Below, in pieces: positions 17,859-26,516 of a stretch of 32,000 nt of DNA. The notes under the pieces are model-generated. The model saw only the letters and a program-made list of their open reading frames with translations, did not search any database and was not told where the DNA came from. The stretch's first letter is position 1. The number at the start of each line of letters is the position of its first letter. This stretch comes from Alkalilimnicola ehrlichii MLHE-1 (GTDB lineage: Bacteria > Pseudomonadota > Gammaproteobacteria > Nitrococcales > Halorhodospiraceae). The translations under genes and the position numbers were made by a program. The stretch covers positions 1,800,001 to 1,832,000 of the forward strand of contig NC_008340.1 of assembly GCF_000014785.1 (NCBI RefSeq). The letters are read 5' to 3'.

Positions 17859-18699
17859 CGGGGCACGGGACCTGCTCGCGCAGCCAGCGCTCAATCCGCG
17901 CGGCGACGCGCTGCCATCCGGCGTCGAGCATCATCCCGTGCCCCATGTCCGGAAGGATCTCGGCCTTTACCCCGTGCGTCGCAGCGGTGGCGCGCACCAT
18001 CCAGGCCGGGAACAGCGCATCGTCGGCGGCGCCGAGGACCAACATCGGCACATCGTGACGCCGCCGCGGCGGCGGTGCCGGGAGGCTCATATCCAGCAGT
18101 GCCAGTTGGGACTCCTGCTGCAGCCCCCCGGCATAGGCGAGCAACTGGCGATCCGCCACCGGCCGTGAGAACAGCAGCCGTTGGGCCACGTGCAGATTCA
18201 CCTGTGTCGGCCCCAGGCCCTGCAGCAACCAGAGCTGCCAGAGCAATCCCGGATCCTGGCAAAGCAGTTGCCAGGCCGAGGCGGACAGCCCCATCGGCGG
18301 GACCGAGGCCATCAGCACCACGCCGGCCGGATCCATATGCCGCAGGCAACGCTGGACCACCAGACCGCCCATGGAGTGGCCGACCAGCACTGGGGGCCGG
18401 TGGAAGCGCCCGGCCACACTGAGCACGTCCTCCACGTAGTCCTCCAGACTGGCACCGTGGAGGTGCGCCCGATCCGCGCTCTCACCATGACCGCGCAGGC
18501 TCACCGCGCACGCCTGCCGCCCACGACGGGCAAACCAGGCCAGAAAGTGGGCATCCCAACACCAGGCGCCGGCATAGGCACCATGCACGAAGAGCAACGG
18601 CGGCGCGTCGGAACGACTGCCGCGACAGATGGTTTCCAACTCAAGCCCGGCACGCGATGCGGGCCAGAAGCCGACGGCGGGGTATAGGATCGGGGACAT
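17806..18699 (-). CDS. Alpha/beta-fold hydrolase
   Basis: The ATG at 18699 gives MSPILYP... It has an oxyanion-type LLFVHGA, the nucleophile elbow GHSMGG, and ..GAADD.. and ..MGHGMM.. for the Asp and His. The last roughly 20 codons overlap the convergent upstream gene. Confidence 0.8.
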   Translation of the reverse strand: MSPILYPAVGFWPASRAGLELETICRGSRSDAPPLLFVHGAYAGAWCWDAHFLAWFARRGRQACAVSLRGHGESADRAHLHGASLEDYVEDVLSVAGRFHRPPVLVGHSMGGLVVQRCLRHMDPAGVVLMASVPPMGLSASAWQLLCQDPGLLWQLWLLQGLGPTQVNLHVAQRLLFSRPVADRQLLAYAGGLQQESQLALLDMSLPAPPPRRRHDVPMLVLGAADDALFPAWMVRATAATHGVKAEILPDMGHGMMLDAGWQRVAARIERWLREQVPCPATSDAAPTAQGWPSSRG

Positions 18700-18822
18700 G
18701 GCGCCTCGCTTATAAGTTTTGTATAACACTGTAACAGCCCGCCGGGCCGGTCGCACGGAGTAAAGTGTGCCTGAGCTAGAGTGTTAGGATATGGCTTTGC
18801 GCGGCATGCCACGGGGGACCTC

Positions 18823-21468
18823 ATGACGGATCACAAGCAGCGTGCGGCGGTGAAGCTCAGCGACTACACCCCGCCCGCGTTCCGGGTGGAGCATATCGAC
18901 CTGTACTTCTCCCTCGGCGAGGAGTACACCCGGGTGCGCTCGCGGATGCGGCTGTGCCGTGCCGAGGGCACCGACCCGCACACCCCACTGCACCTGGATG
19001 GCGAGGCCCTGGAGTTGGAGGCGCTTTACCTGGACGGCCAGGCGCTGGCGATCGACGACTACCTGCTTACCCGGCAGGGGCTGACCATTGAGCGCGTGCC
19101 CGACCGGTTCGAGCTGGAGGTGCACACCCTCCTCCGGCCCCAGGACAACACCGCGCTGTCCGGCCTGTATCGCTCCGGTGGCATGTTCTGCACCCAATGC
19201 GAGGCGGAGGGCTTCCGGCGAATCACCTACTACCCCGACCGTCCGGACGTGCTCAGCCGCTTTACCACCACCATCGAGGCCGACCGCGAGCGCTACCCGG
19301 TGCTTCTATCCAATGGCAACGCCGTGGACCGCGGCGAGAGCGAGGGGGGCCGCCACTGGGTCCGCTGGGACGACCCCTGGCCCAAGCCCAGCTACCTCTT
19401 CGCGCTGGTGGCGGGGGACCTGCACTGCCACCGCGACCGCTACCGCACCGCCTCCGGTCGCGACGTGCAACTGGCCTTCTACGTGGAGCACGCAAACGCC
19501 GGACGCACCGGCCACGCCATGGAGAGCCTCAAGCGCGCCATGCGCTGGGACGAGGAGACCTACGGCCTGGAGTACGACCTGGACATCTACATGGTCGTGG
19601 CCGTGGGCGACTTCAACATGGGCGCCATGGAGAACAAAGGGCTCAACATCTTCAACACCCAGTACGTCCTGGCCAGCCCGGAGACCGCCACCGACGCCGA
19701 TTTCGAGGCGGTGGAGGCGGTGATCGGCCACGAGTATTTTCACAACTACACCGGCAACCGGGTGACCTGCCGCGACTGGTTCCAGCTCAGTCTCAAGGAA
19801 GGTCTGACGGTCTTCCGCGAGCAGCAGTTCAGCGAGGCGATGGGCTCACCGGCGGTGCAGCGCATCCAGCAGGTGCGCCTGCTGCGCTCGGCCCAATTCC
19901 CGGAAGACGCCAGCCCCATGGCCCATCCGGTCCGGCCCGACGCCTACGTCGAGATCAACAACTTCTACACCGCCACGGTCTACATCAAAGGCGCGGAAGT
20001 GATCCGCATGTACCACACCCTGCTGGGCGACGGCGCCTTCCGCAACGGTGTGCGCCGTTACCTGGAGCGCTTTGACGGCCAAGCAGTGACCATCGAGGAC
20101 TTCCTCCAGACCATGGCCGAGACCGGTGGCCGGGACCTCACCCAGTTCGGGCGCTGGTACACCCAGGCCGGCACACCCCGCCTGCGAGTGCGCGATGCCT
20201 TCGACGCGGACGCCGGGCGTTACACCCTGCGCGTAGTGCAGGAGTGCCCGCCCACCCCTGGTCAGCCGGCAAAGCAGCCGTTCCACATCCCGCTGGCGAT
20301 GGGCCTGGTGGGACGGGACGGGCAGGCGCTCCCCCTGCGGCTGGCCGGCGAGCCCGAGGGCCAGGCCACGACCCGGGTGCTGGAGTTGACCCGCTCGGAG
20401 CAGGCTTTCGTCTTCGAGGGCCTGGCCGAGCGGCCGGTGCCCTCCCTGCTGCGGGGCTTTTCCGCGCCAGTCATCCTCGACTACGACTACAGCGACGACG
20501 ACCTGGCCTTCCTGCTCACCCACGACAGCGATGCCTTTGCCCGCTGGGAGGCCGGTCAGCAGCTCGCCGTGCGGGTGATCCTGCGCCGGGTGCACGGCGA
20601 GCGTCGGGAGGAGGACCTGGACAAGCTCCGGCGCGCCTTTGCGGGGGTGTTGGAGCATCCCGGGCTCGACGCCTCATTGGCGGCCGAGGCCCTCGCCCTG
20701 CCTCAGGAGACCTACCTGGCGCAGCAGCTCGAGCAGGCCGATCCCGTGGCCATCCGGGCAGCGCGCGAGGGCGTGCGCGCGGAACTGGCGGGCGCCCTGG
20801 CCGCCACCTGGCGGACCGTCTATAGCCGCTACCGGCCCCAGGGCCCATGGCGGCTCGAACCGGCGGCTATTGCCGGACGGCGCTTGGCCAATCTCGCCCT
20901 CGGCTACCTGGCGGCCACCGGCGCGGCCGAGGACGATGAGCGGGTCGAGCGTCAATACCACCAAGCCGACAACATGACCGACAGCCTAGCCGCCCTCAGC
21001 CTGTTGGCCGACCGCGACGACGCCGCAGCGCAGGCCGCCCTGGACGACTTCCATCAGCGCTGGCGTCACGTGCCGCTGGTGCTGGACAAGTGGTTCCGGG
21101 TGCAGGCCATGTCGCGTCATCCCGGCGCACTGGCACGGGTCCAGTCCCTGCTCCGGCATCCCGATTTCGACCTGCACAACCCGAACCGGGTCCGCTCGGT
21201 CATCGGGGCCTTCGCCCAGGGCAACCCCGCGGCCTTTCACGACTCCAGCGGCGAGGGGTACCGCCTGCTGGCCGACCACATCCTGAGACTGGATACTCTC
21301 AATCCCCAAGTCGCCGCGCGGATGGCGCTGCCCTTGAGCAAGTGGCAACGTTACGATCTGCCGAGGCAGCAGATAATGAAAACCGAACTCCAACGGATCG
21401 CTGAGGCCCCTTCGCTGTCGAACGACGTGTACGAGGTGGTCTCCCGCAGTCTGGAGAACATCGCCTGA
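18823..21468 (+). CDS. pepN: Aminopeptidase N (M1 family)
   Basis: It carries the GAMEN motif (GAMENKGLNIF) and the zinc motif HEYFHNYTGNRVTCRDWFQLSLKEGLT (HExxH-18-E). Length from the ATG at 18823 (MTDHKQRAAVKLSDY) is about 880 aa. Confidence 0.93.
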   Translation: MTDHKQRAAVKLSDYTPPAFRVEHIDLYFSLGEEYTRVRSRMRLCRAEGTDPHTPLHLDGEALELEALYLDGQALAIDDYLLTRQGLTIERVPDRFELEVHTLLRPQDNTALSGLYRSGGMFCTQCEAEGFRRITYYPDRPDVLSRFTTTIEADRERYPVLLSNGNAVDRGESEGGRHWVRWDDPWPKPSYLFALVAGDLHCHRDRYRTASGRDVQLAFYVEHANAGRTGHAMESLKRAMRWDEETYGLEYDLDIYMVVAVGDFNMGAMENKGLNIFNTQYVLASPETATDADFEAVEAVIGHEYFHNYTGNRVTCRDWFQLSLKEGLTVFREQQFSEAMGSPAVQRIQQVRLLRSAQFPEDASPMAHPVRPDAYVEINNFYTATVYIKGAEVIRMYHTLLGDGAFRNGVRRYLERFDGQAVTIEDFLQTMAETGGRDLTQFGRWYTQAGTPRLRVRDAFDADAGRYTLRVVQECPPTPGQPAKQPFHIPLAMGLVGRDGQALPLRLAGEPEGQATTRVLELTRSEQAFVFEGLAERPVPSLLRGFSAPVILDYDYSDDDLAFLLTHDSDAFARWEAGQQLAVRVILRRVHGERREEDLDKLRRAFAGVLEHPGLDASLAAEALALPQETYLAQQLEQADPVAIRAAREGVRAELAGALAATWRTVYSRYRPQGPWRLEPAAIAGRRLANLALGYLAATGAAEDDERVERQYHQADNMTDSLAALSLLADRDDAAAQAALDDFHQRWRHVPLVLDKWFRVQAMSRHPGALARVQSLLRHPDFDLHNPNRVRSVIGAFAQGNPAAFHDSSGEGYRLLADHILRLDTLNPQVAARMALPLSKWQRYDLPRQQIMKTELQRIAEAPSLSNDVYEVVSRSLENIA

Positions 21469-21512
21469 CCCCATGGCACAACCCCGGCGGACGGCGCCAA
21501 GCCGCCCTGGGC

Positions 21513-23639
21513 ATGCATTGGACTGAATCTATGAAACGGCAAGTCATACGCCCCGCCCTGGTCATCGCCGGCATACTGCTGGCCCTGGTCCTGGTCATCA
21601 GCGGTAACGATGGCCCCGGGCGCCCGGCACCGGCGGTCGCCCACTCGGAGCTGGCCCCTGATTCGGAGCAACGGGAGAAGGCCAGCGTCATCGCCGACCT
21701 GCTCACCCGCTACCACTATCGCGGCCAGCCGTTGGATGCCGGGCTCTCGGAGCGGGTTTTCGACGCCTGGCTGGACCAGCTCGACCGAGAGCGCTTTTAC
21801 CTGCTCCAAGAGGACATTGACGCCTTCGATGAGCACCGGATCGGGCTCCACGAGCAGCTCCGCCACGGCGATCTCAGCGTGCCCTTCGCTCTCTATGAGC
21901 GTTACCGCGAGCGTGTGGCCGAGCGCACCGAATATGCCATCGGGCTGCTGGAGGCCGGTCTGGACTTCGACACCGACCTGCGCTTTGAGCAGGACCGCAG
22001 GGACGCCGACTGGGCCGAATCCCGGGAGGCCCTCGACCGGCTCTGGCGCAAGCGCGTCACCCATGATGCCCTCACCCAGAAGCTGGCGGGCCGTGACGAG
22101 GAGCAGGTCATCCAGACCCTCACTCAGCGCTACGAACGCATCCGCCGCACCACCGAGCAGGAGAGCGGCGAGGATGTGTTCCAGCGCTACATGGACGCCT
22201 GGGCACACGCCTTCGATCCGCATAGCAGCTACCTCTCGCCGCGTCGCTCCGAGGACTTCGACATCAATATGAGTCTCTCGCTGGAGGGCATCGGTGCGAT
22301 GCTGCAGAGCGAGCACGACTTCGTCACCATCGTCGAGCTGGTGCCGGGCGGCCCGGCCGCCCAGAGTGAGGCGCTCTCACCCGGCGACCGCATTATCGGT
22401 GTCGCCGAGGGCGAGGACGGTGAGATGAAGGACGTGGTCGGCTGGCGCCTGTCCGACGTGGTCGATCTCATCCGCGGTCCGCGCGGCTCGGTCGTGTGCC
22501 TGCTGGTCCTGCCCGAGGCGGGCAGTGGTAACGCCACGCCCCGCGAGGTGGTCCTGGAGCGCAACGAGATCAAGCTCGAGGACCAGGCGGCCAGCGCCGA
22601 GGTCATCGAGGTACCGGGTGAGGGGAGTGGCAAGGATCGCATCGGGGTAATCACAATCCCTGCCTTCTACATGGATTTCGAGGCGGCCGAGGCAGGCGAT
22701 CCGGACTACCGCAGCACCACCCGCGATGTCCGTCGGTTGCTCAACGAGCTCAAGGAAGGGGGCATTGACGGCCTGGTGCTCGATCTGCGCGGCAACTCCG
22801 GGGGCTCGCTGCGGGAGGCCGCGTCACTGTCCGGCCTGTTTATGGGCGGCGGCCCCATTGTCCAGGTTCGCCGCAGCAGCGGCGAGCTGGAGGTGCTCCG
22901 CGGCGGTGACCGCGCTAATTCCGCACCGCTCTACGATGGCCCGCTGGGGGTGATGGTGGACGGGTTCAGCGCCTCCGCCTCGGAGATTTTGGCCGGGGCC
23001 ATCCAGGACTACGGCCGGGGCGTGATCATGGGCAAGGACACCTTTGGCAAGGGCACCGTGCAGACCATGATCAACCTGGACCGCTTTGGCCTGGGCAACG
23101 GCGAGGACGGCGCCGGGCGGCTCAAACTGACGGTGGCCAAGTTCTACCGTGTCACCGGCGACAGCACCCAGAAGAAAGGGGTGCAGCCCGATATCATCCT
23201 GCCCTCGCCCATTGATGCGTCGGAGTTCGGCGAACGCGGCATCGACAATGCCCTGCCCTGGAACCAGATCTCTGCGGTCGACTACCGGCGCGACGACACG
23301 CTGGAGGAGCTCATCCCCGCCCTGCGCAGCCGGTACCAGACCCGGGCGGAGGACGATCCGCAGTTCCAGGCCCTGCTGCGTGACTTCGAGTACCAGCTCC
23401 AGCGGCGTGAGCGGACCGATGTCTCCCTCAACGAGACAACCCGGAAGCAGGAGCGGGACGCCGAGGAGCAGGAGCGGCTGGCACTGCACAATGCCCGTCG
23501 GGAGGCCGCCGGGTTGGAGCCGCTGGAGGACGCCGAATCCAGGGATGACGATGAGCTGCCCGATGTACTCCTGGAGGCGGCCGCCTCGGTCATCGCCGAC
23601 TTGAGACGGTTGCAGGCCGCCTATATGGCGCAGCGCTGA
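21513..23639 (+). CDS. prc: Carboxy-terminal (tail-specific) processing protease, S41 family
   Basis: It has an N-terminal anchor or signal (RPALVIAGILLALVLVISG), a PDZ region, an S41 core (DLRGNSGGSL) and TFGKGTVQ. The size is Prc-like. An alternative start ATG lies at 21531. Confidence 0.9.
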   Translation: MHWTESMKRQVIRPALVIAGILLALVLVISGNDGPGRPAPAVAHSELAPDSEQREKASVIADLLTRYHYRGQPLDAGLSERVFDAWLDQLDRERFYLLQEDIDAFDEHRIGLHEQLRHGDLSVPFALYERYRERVAERTEYAIGLLEAGLDFDTDLRFEQDRRDADWAESREALDRLWRKRVTHDALTQKLAGRDEEQVIQTLTQRYERIRRTTEQESGEDVFQRYMDAWAHAFDPHSSYLSPRRSEDFDINMSLSLEGIGAMLQSEHDFVTIVELVPGGPAAQSEALSPGDRIIGVAEGEDGEMKDVVGWRLSDVVDLIRGPRGSVVCLLVLPEAGSGNATPREVVLERNEIKLEDQAASAEVIEVPGEGSGKDRIGVITIPAFYMDFEAAEAGDPDYRSTTRDVRRLLNELKEGGIDGLVLDLRGNSGGSLREAASLSGLFMGGGPIVQVRRSSGELEVLRGGDRANSAPLYDGPLGVMVDGFSASASEILAGAIQDYGRGVIMGKDTFGKGTVQTMINLDRFGLGNGEDGAGRLKLTVAKFYRVTGDSTQKKGVQPDIILPSPIDASEFGERGIDNALPWNQISAVDYRRDDTLEELIPALRSRYQTRAEDDPQFQALLRDFEYQLQRRERTDVSLNETTRKQERDAEEQERLALHNARREAAGLEPLEDAESRDDDELPDVLLEAAASVIADLRRLQAAYMAQR

Positions 23640-23654
23640 TCCACTCCCCTCGGT

Positions 23655-23686
23655 CCGCCCGGTGGGCGCCGGGCGGGCCCCTTTCC
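23655..23686 (+). terminator. Hairpin after prc
   Basis: CCGCCCGG (23655..23662) pairs with CCGGGCGG (23669..23676) around a 6-nt loop. The tail GCCCCTTTCC is a poor U-tract. Confidence 0.4.
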
Positions 23687-23719
23687 GGCCCCCATATCAG
23701 AACAACAAGAGGATAGAGC

Positions 23720-24847
23720 ATGGCCGAGCAACAGGCCGCCTTCCAAGCGCAGGTGTTACCGGCCCGCGATGACGGGCCTGGCATCGGGGTGGCCACCCTC
23801 ACCGCCCCGCGTAAGCTCAACGCCCTGGACCTGGGCATGATTCAAGCCCTGAGCCGGCAATTGGAGGCCTGGGCCCGCGATCCGGCGGTGGCCTGTGTGG
23901 TCCTGGAGGGCGAGGGGGAACGGGCCTTCTGCGCGGGCGGTGACGTACGCGCCGTGGCCGAGGCCCTGCGCGGCAACCGCCCGGCGGGACTGGCCTTCGC
24001 CGAGCAGTATTTCAGCGCAGAGTACCGCCTGGATCACCAACTGCACGTCTACCCCAAGCCATTGCTGGTGCGGGGACAGGGTGTGGTCATGGGCGGCGGA
24101 CTGGGCCTGTTCCAGGGCGGCGACGTGCGCGTGCTCACCCCCACGTCCACCCTGGCCATGCCCGAGATCACCATCGGTCTCTTCCCCGACGTCGGGGCCG
24201 CGTGGTTCCTGCAGCGCACCCCACCCGGGACCGGCGAATACGCCGCCTTGACCGGCGCCCGGCTCAACGCCGCAGACGCCCTCTTCATGGGCCTGGGCGA
24301 CCTGGTCCTGCCCGAGGATCACCGGGGGGCGCTGCTGGAGGCACTCCAGGCCGTACGCTGGCACAACGAGCCCCGCCGTGACCGGAGCCTGCTCCACCAA
24401 GCCGCGCGCGGGCTGGCGATCCCCCGACCGGAGCTATCCGACTCGCCCGTTCAGGCCCGGGCCGAGCGCATCCGTCAGGTCATGGCCTGGCCCGGCCTGG
24501 GCCAACGGGTGGCCGCCATCCGCGACTCGGCCCGCCACGACCCCTGGCTGGAGGAGAACGCCGAACGCTTCGAGAGCGGCTCGCCGACATCCATTGCCCT
24601 GATCCACGAGCAATTCCAGCGCACGCGGCACCTAGCCCTGCGCGAGTGCTTCCAGCTCGACCTGGTCCTGGCCATCCAGTGCTCCCGGCGGGATGACTTC
24701 CCCGAAGGGGTGCGCGCCCTGCTGCTGGACAAGGACCAGAACCCCCAGTGGCAGTCCGCCACCCTGAGGGAGATCACCCCGGACTGGATCGACGCCCACT
24801 TCGTCTCCCCCTGGCCCGACCAGCCCAACCCGCTGCTGGACCTCTGA
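23720..24847 (+). CDS. Enoyl-CoA hydratase/isomerase superfamily, 3-hydroxyisobutyryl-CoA hydrolase-like
   Basis: The crotonase motifs are FCAGGDV and MPEITIGLFPDVGA. The 375-aa length with a C-terminal extension is typical of HIBYL-CoA hydrolases. AAGAGGA lies upstream. Confidence 0.8.
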   Translation: MAEQQAAFQAQVLPARDDGPGIGVATLTAPRKLNALDLGMIQALSRQLEAWARDPAVACVVLEGEGERAFCAGGDVRAVAEALRGNRPAGLAFAEQYFSAEYRLDHQLHVYPKPLLVRGQGVVMGGGLGLFQGGDVRVLTPTSTLAMPEITIGLFPDVGAAWFLQRTPPGTGEYAALTGARLNAADALFMGLGDLVLPEDHRGALLEALQAVRWHNEPRRDRSLLHQAARGLAIPRPELSDSPVQARAERIRQVMAWPGLGQRVAAIRDSARHDPWLEENAERFESGSPTSIALIHEQFQRTRHLALRECFQLDLVLAIQCSRRDDFPEGVRALLLDKDQNPQWQSATLREITPDWIDAHFVSPWPDQPNPLLDL

Positions 24848-24860
24848 GCCCACCCCAACT

Positions 24861-24920
24861 GCGAGGGCCGACAGCGACGGCCCTCGCCACCCCGGCGGCC
24901 GCCATGCCGCACCGCGGCAT
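24861..24920 (+). terminator. Two consecutive stable hairpins after the hydrolase gene
   Basis: GCGAGGGCCG (24861..24870) pairs with CGGCCCTCGC (24878..24887), a 10-bp stem with a 7-nt loop. ATGCCGC (24904..24910) pairs with GCGGCAT (24914..24920), followed by a T-containing tail TATGCCTCGCTCTCTC. Confidence 0.45.
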
Positions 24921-24949
24921 TATGCCTCGCTCTCTCATATGGAATTGGT

Positions 24950-24978
24950 CTGACCCGGCCCAAACATGATGGTATAAT
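24950..24978 (+). promoter_or_regulatory. Candidate sigma70 promoter with a consensus -10
   Basis: CTGACC (24950..24955), a 17-nt spacer and TATAAT (24973..24978) are oriented toward the 118-aa ORF at 25145. They lie in the most AT-rich intergenic patch of the window. Confidence 0.45.
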
Positions 24979-24984
24979 CATGTT
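24963..24984. promoter_or_regulatory. Perfect 8-bp inverted repeat (AACATGAT-N6-ATCATGTT) straddling the -10 box; putative operator
   Basis: AACATGAT at 24963..24970 is the exact reverse complement of ATCATGTT at 24977..24984. The TATAAT hexamer spans the spacer and the right arm. Confidence 0.4.
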
Positions 24985-25144
24985 GCAACGCAATAACACG
25001 AAGTAGCCCTCGCCGGGCAACACGCAGCGGCCCCGCCGCAGCCATACCAACCCAGACCCCAGGCGACGGTGCAACAACTGGCAGGAGGAGCTGACACACG
25101 ATCCGCTGGTTCACGGCAGGCCTTAATGGCCCGGGAGTAACAAC

Positions 25145-25501
25145 ATGTACACGGCGCTGATCAGCCCGCGATACGCCGACCGCATCGAGACCGCCGCCCG
25201 CGAGGCCGGGGGCTTCGTCGCGCGGGGCCTTATGGCCCGGCATCCGGCCCAGCCGGACACCGCCAACTGGTTCTATGCGCTATTGCCCGACCAGGCACCG
25301 GAGGATCCCGAGGTGGTCCCCTACCCTGCAGATGCCGTCATCCACGCCCTGGAAGCGGAGCGGGAGCGCTACCGGGCGATGGCCCGGCAGCATCCGGATA
25401 CCCTGTGGCAGGAGGCCATCCGCGCCCTGGACGACCTGCTCGGGCGCCTCCACCAACAGGCCCCGGAATGCCCCCGCCACCCCATGGCCCAGACGGCCTG
25501 A
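25145..25501 (+). CDS. Hypothetical soluble protein, 118 aa
   Basis: The ORF has GC-rich codon usage consistent with its neighbours, and GGGAG lies 8 nt upstream of the ATG. I recognise no motif. Confidence 0.5.
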   Translation: MYTALISPRYADRIETAAREAGGFVARGLMARHPAQPDTANWFYALLPDQAPEDPEVVPYPADAVIHALEAERERYRAMARQHPDTLWQEAIRALDDLLGRLHQQAPECPRHPMAQTA

Positions 25502-25506
25502 TGCGA

Positions 25507-26364
25507 TCAGGTTGACCCCGGGGCGGCTGTCTCCTGCCCGCCCCGCTCCTCGACCACTGAGGCCGGCCGGTTGGCCTCCACGCCCAGGAAGACATCCCGG
25601 TACGAGACGTACATCAATGCCCCGGCCGCCGGTGCCACCAGCACCCCCGCCCAGCCCAGGCTGAAGGGCACCAGGGCCACCGCCACCAGCAACACCCCTG
25701 CCAGGCCCATCATCGGCACCGGATTGATGGTATAGGCCTGGCTGCTGACCACGGCGGCCGGGTAAACCGGGGCGTTATGCAGCACCAGCATCGGCAGGAG
25801 AAACCACTGACCCAACGCCAGCAGCATCACCAGCAGCACCCCACCGGCCAGGCCCAGCAATGCGCCGAAGATGTACATGGGCCCCATGAAGGCATGGCTT
25901 AAGGGCGGGGCAGCCGGCTCGCCGGTGTCCAGTCTCGGCGACCAATACCCGGCCTGCTCCACCAGCTGCTCGAACCCGACCACCGCAGGCTGCAACGCCA
26001 ACAGGGCGGTGCCGTGCAGGGCGGAGAGAATGGCGGCCATCGCCAGGGCGATCAGGCAGTCCCGGTTGCCCGGCAGTACCAGGCCCCCACGGGCCGGCTT
26101 ACTGAAATCGGCCACCAGCGCCAGGCGGATGAACAGCAGCAGGCTCAACGGCGCCAGGGCCAGGGTTCCCAGGGTGCGCAGCACGCCCCACGTCGCCTGC
26201 TGGCTGACGAAGTGCAGCAGCACCACCGCCGCGGTCCACGCCAACCAGGCCAGCGGACGACGACGGATCAACTCGGCGGCCTGGCCCACCCACCCCTGCC
26301 AGGCATCCGGCTCGACTTGACGAGGTCCCAGTGCTCCCATGGGGCGCCATTGCGGCCTATCCAC
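25507..26364 (-). CDS. Integral membrane protein of unknown function (about 6 TM)
   Basis: It has several 20-aa hydrophobic segments: LAWLAWTAAVVLLHFV, LGTLALAPLSLLLFIRLALV, CLIALAMAAILSALHGTALLAL, MYIFGALLGLAGGVLLVMLLAL, MMGLAGVLLVAVALVPFSLGWAGVLV. The start is uncertain, either 26364 or the internal ATG at 26340. Confidence 0.6.
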   Translation of the reverse strand: MDRPQWRPMGALGPRQVEPDAWQGWVGQAAELIRRRPLAWLAWTAAVVLLHFVSQQATWGVLRTLGTLALAPLSLLLFIRLALVADFSKPARGGLVLPGNRDCLIALAMAAILSALHGTALLALQPAVVGFEQLVEQAGYWSPRLDTGEPAAPPLSHAFMGPMYIFGALLGLAGGVLLVMLLALGQWFLLPMLVLHNAPVYPAAVVSSQAYTINPVPMMGLAGVLLVAVALVPFSLGWAGVLVAPAAGALMYVSYRDVFLGVEANRPASVVEERGGQETAAPGST

Positions 26365-26370
26365 GCTGCC

Positions 26371-26399
26371 TTGTCAAGCGCCCGCCCTTGACCGACAAT
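26371..26399 (+). promoter_or_regulatory. Candidate tRNA-Ser promoter with GC-rich discriminator
   Basis: TTGTCA (26371..26376), a 17-nt spacer and GACAAT (26394..26399) are followed by AGTCCGCCCC immediately before the mature tRNA 5' end at 26410. Confidence 0.35.
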
Positions 26400-26409
26400 A
26401 GTCCGCCCC

Positions 26410-26497
26410 GGAGGGGTGGCTGAGTGGTCGAAAGCGGCGGTCTTGAAAACCGTTGGCCCGCAAGGGCCCGGGGGTTCGAATCCCTCCCCCTCCGCCA
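26410..26497 (+). tRNA. tRNA-Ser (anticodon UGA), class II with long variable arm, CCA encoded
   Basis: I folded it by hand. The acceptor stem is GGAGGGG/CCCCTCC. The D stem is GCT/AGC with loop GAGTGGTCGAA. The anticodon stem is GCGGT/ACCGT with loop CTTGAAA (anticodon TGA). The variable arm is TGGCCCGCAAGGGCCCG. The T arm is GGGGG-TTCGAAT-CCCTC with one G-U pair. The discriminator is G, followed by CCA. Confidence 0.93.
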
Positions 26498-26516
26498 GAT
26501 TTGATTCGGCGTTTCC

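Noticed and set aside
24963-24984. LexA/SOS box
   Set aside because: The palindrome is AACATGAT-N6-ATCATGTT. It does not fit CTGT-N8-ACAG or the other LexA consensus forms I know.
24475-25077. 200-aa minus-strand ORF reaching into the 24.9-kb spacer
   Set aside because: It is Arg/Gly/Ser-rich, mostly antisense to the crotonase-family gene, and has no plausible start context.
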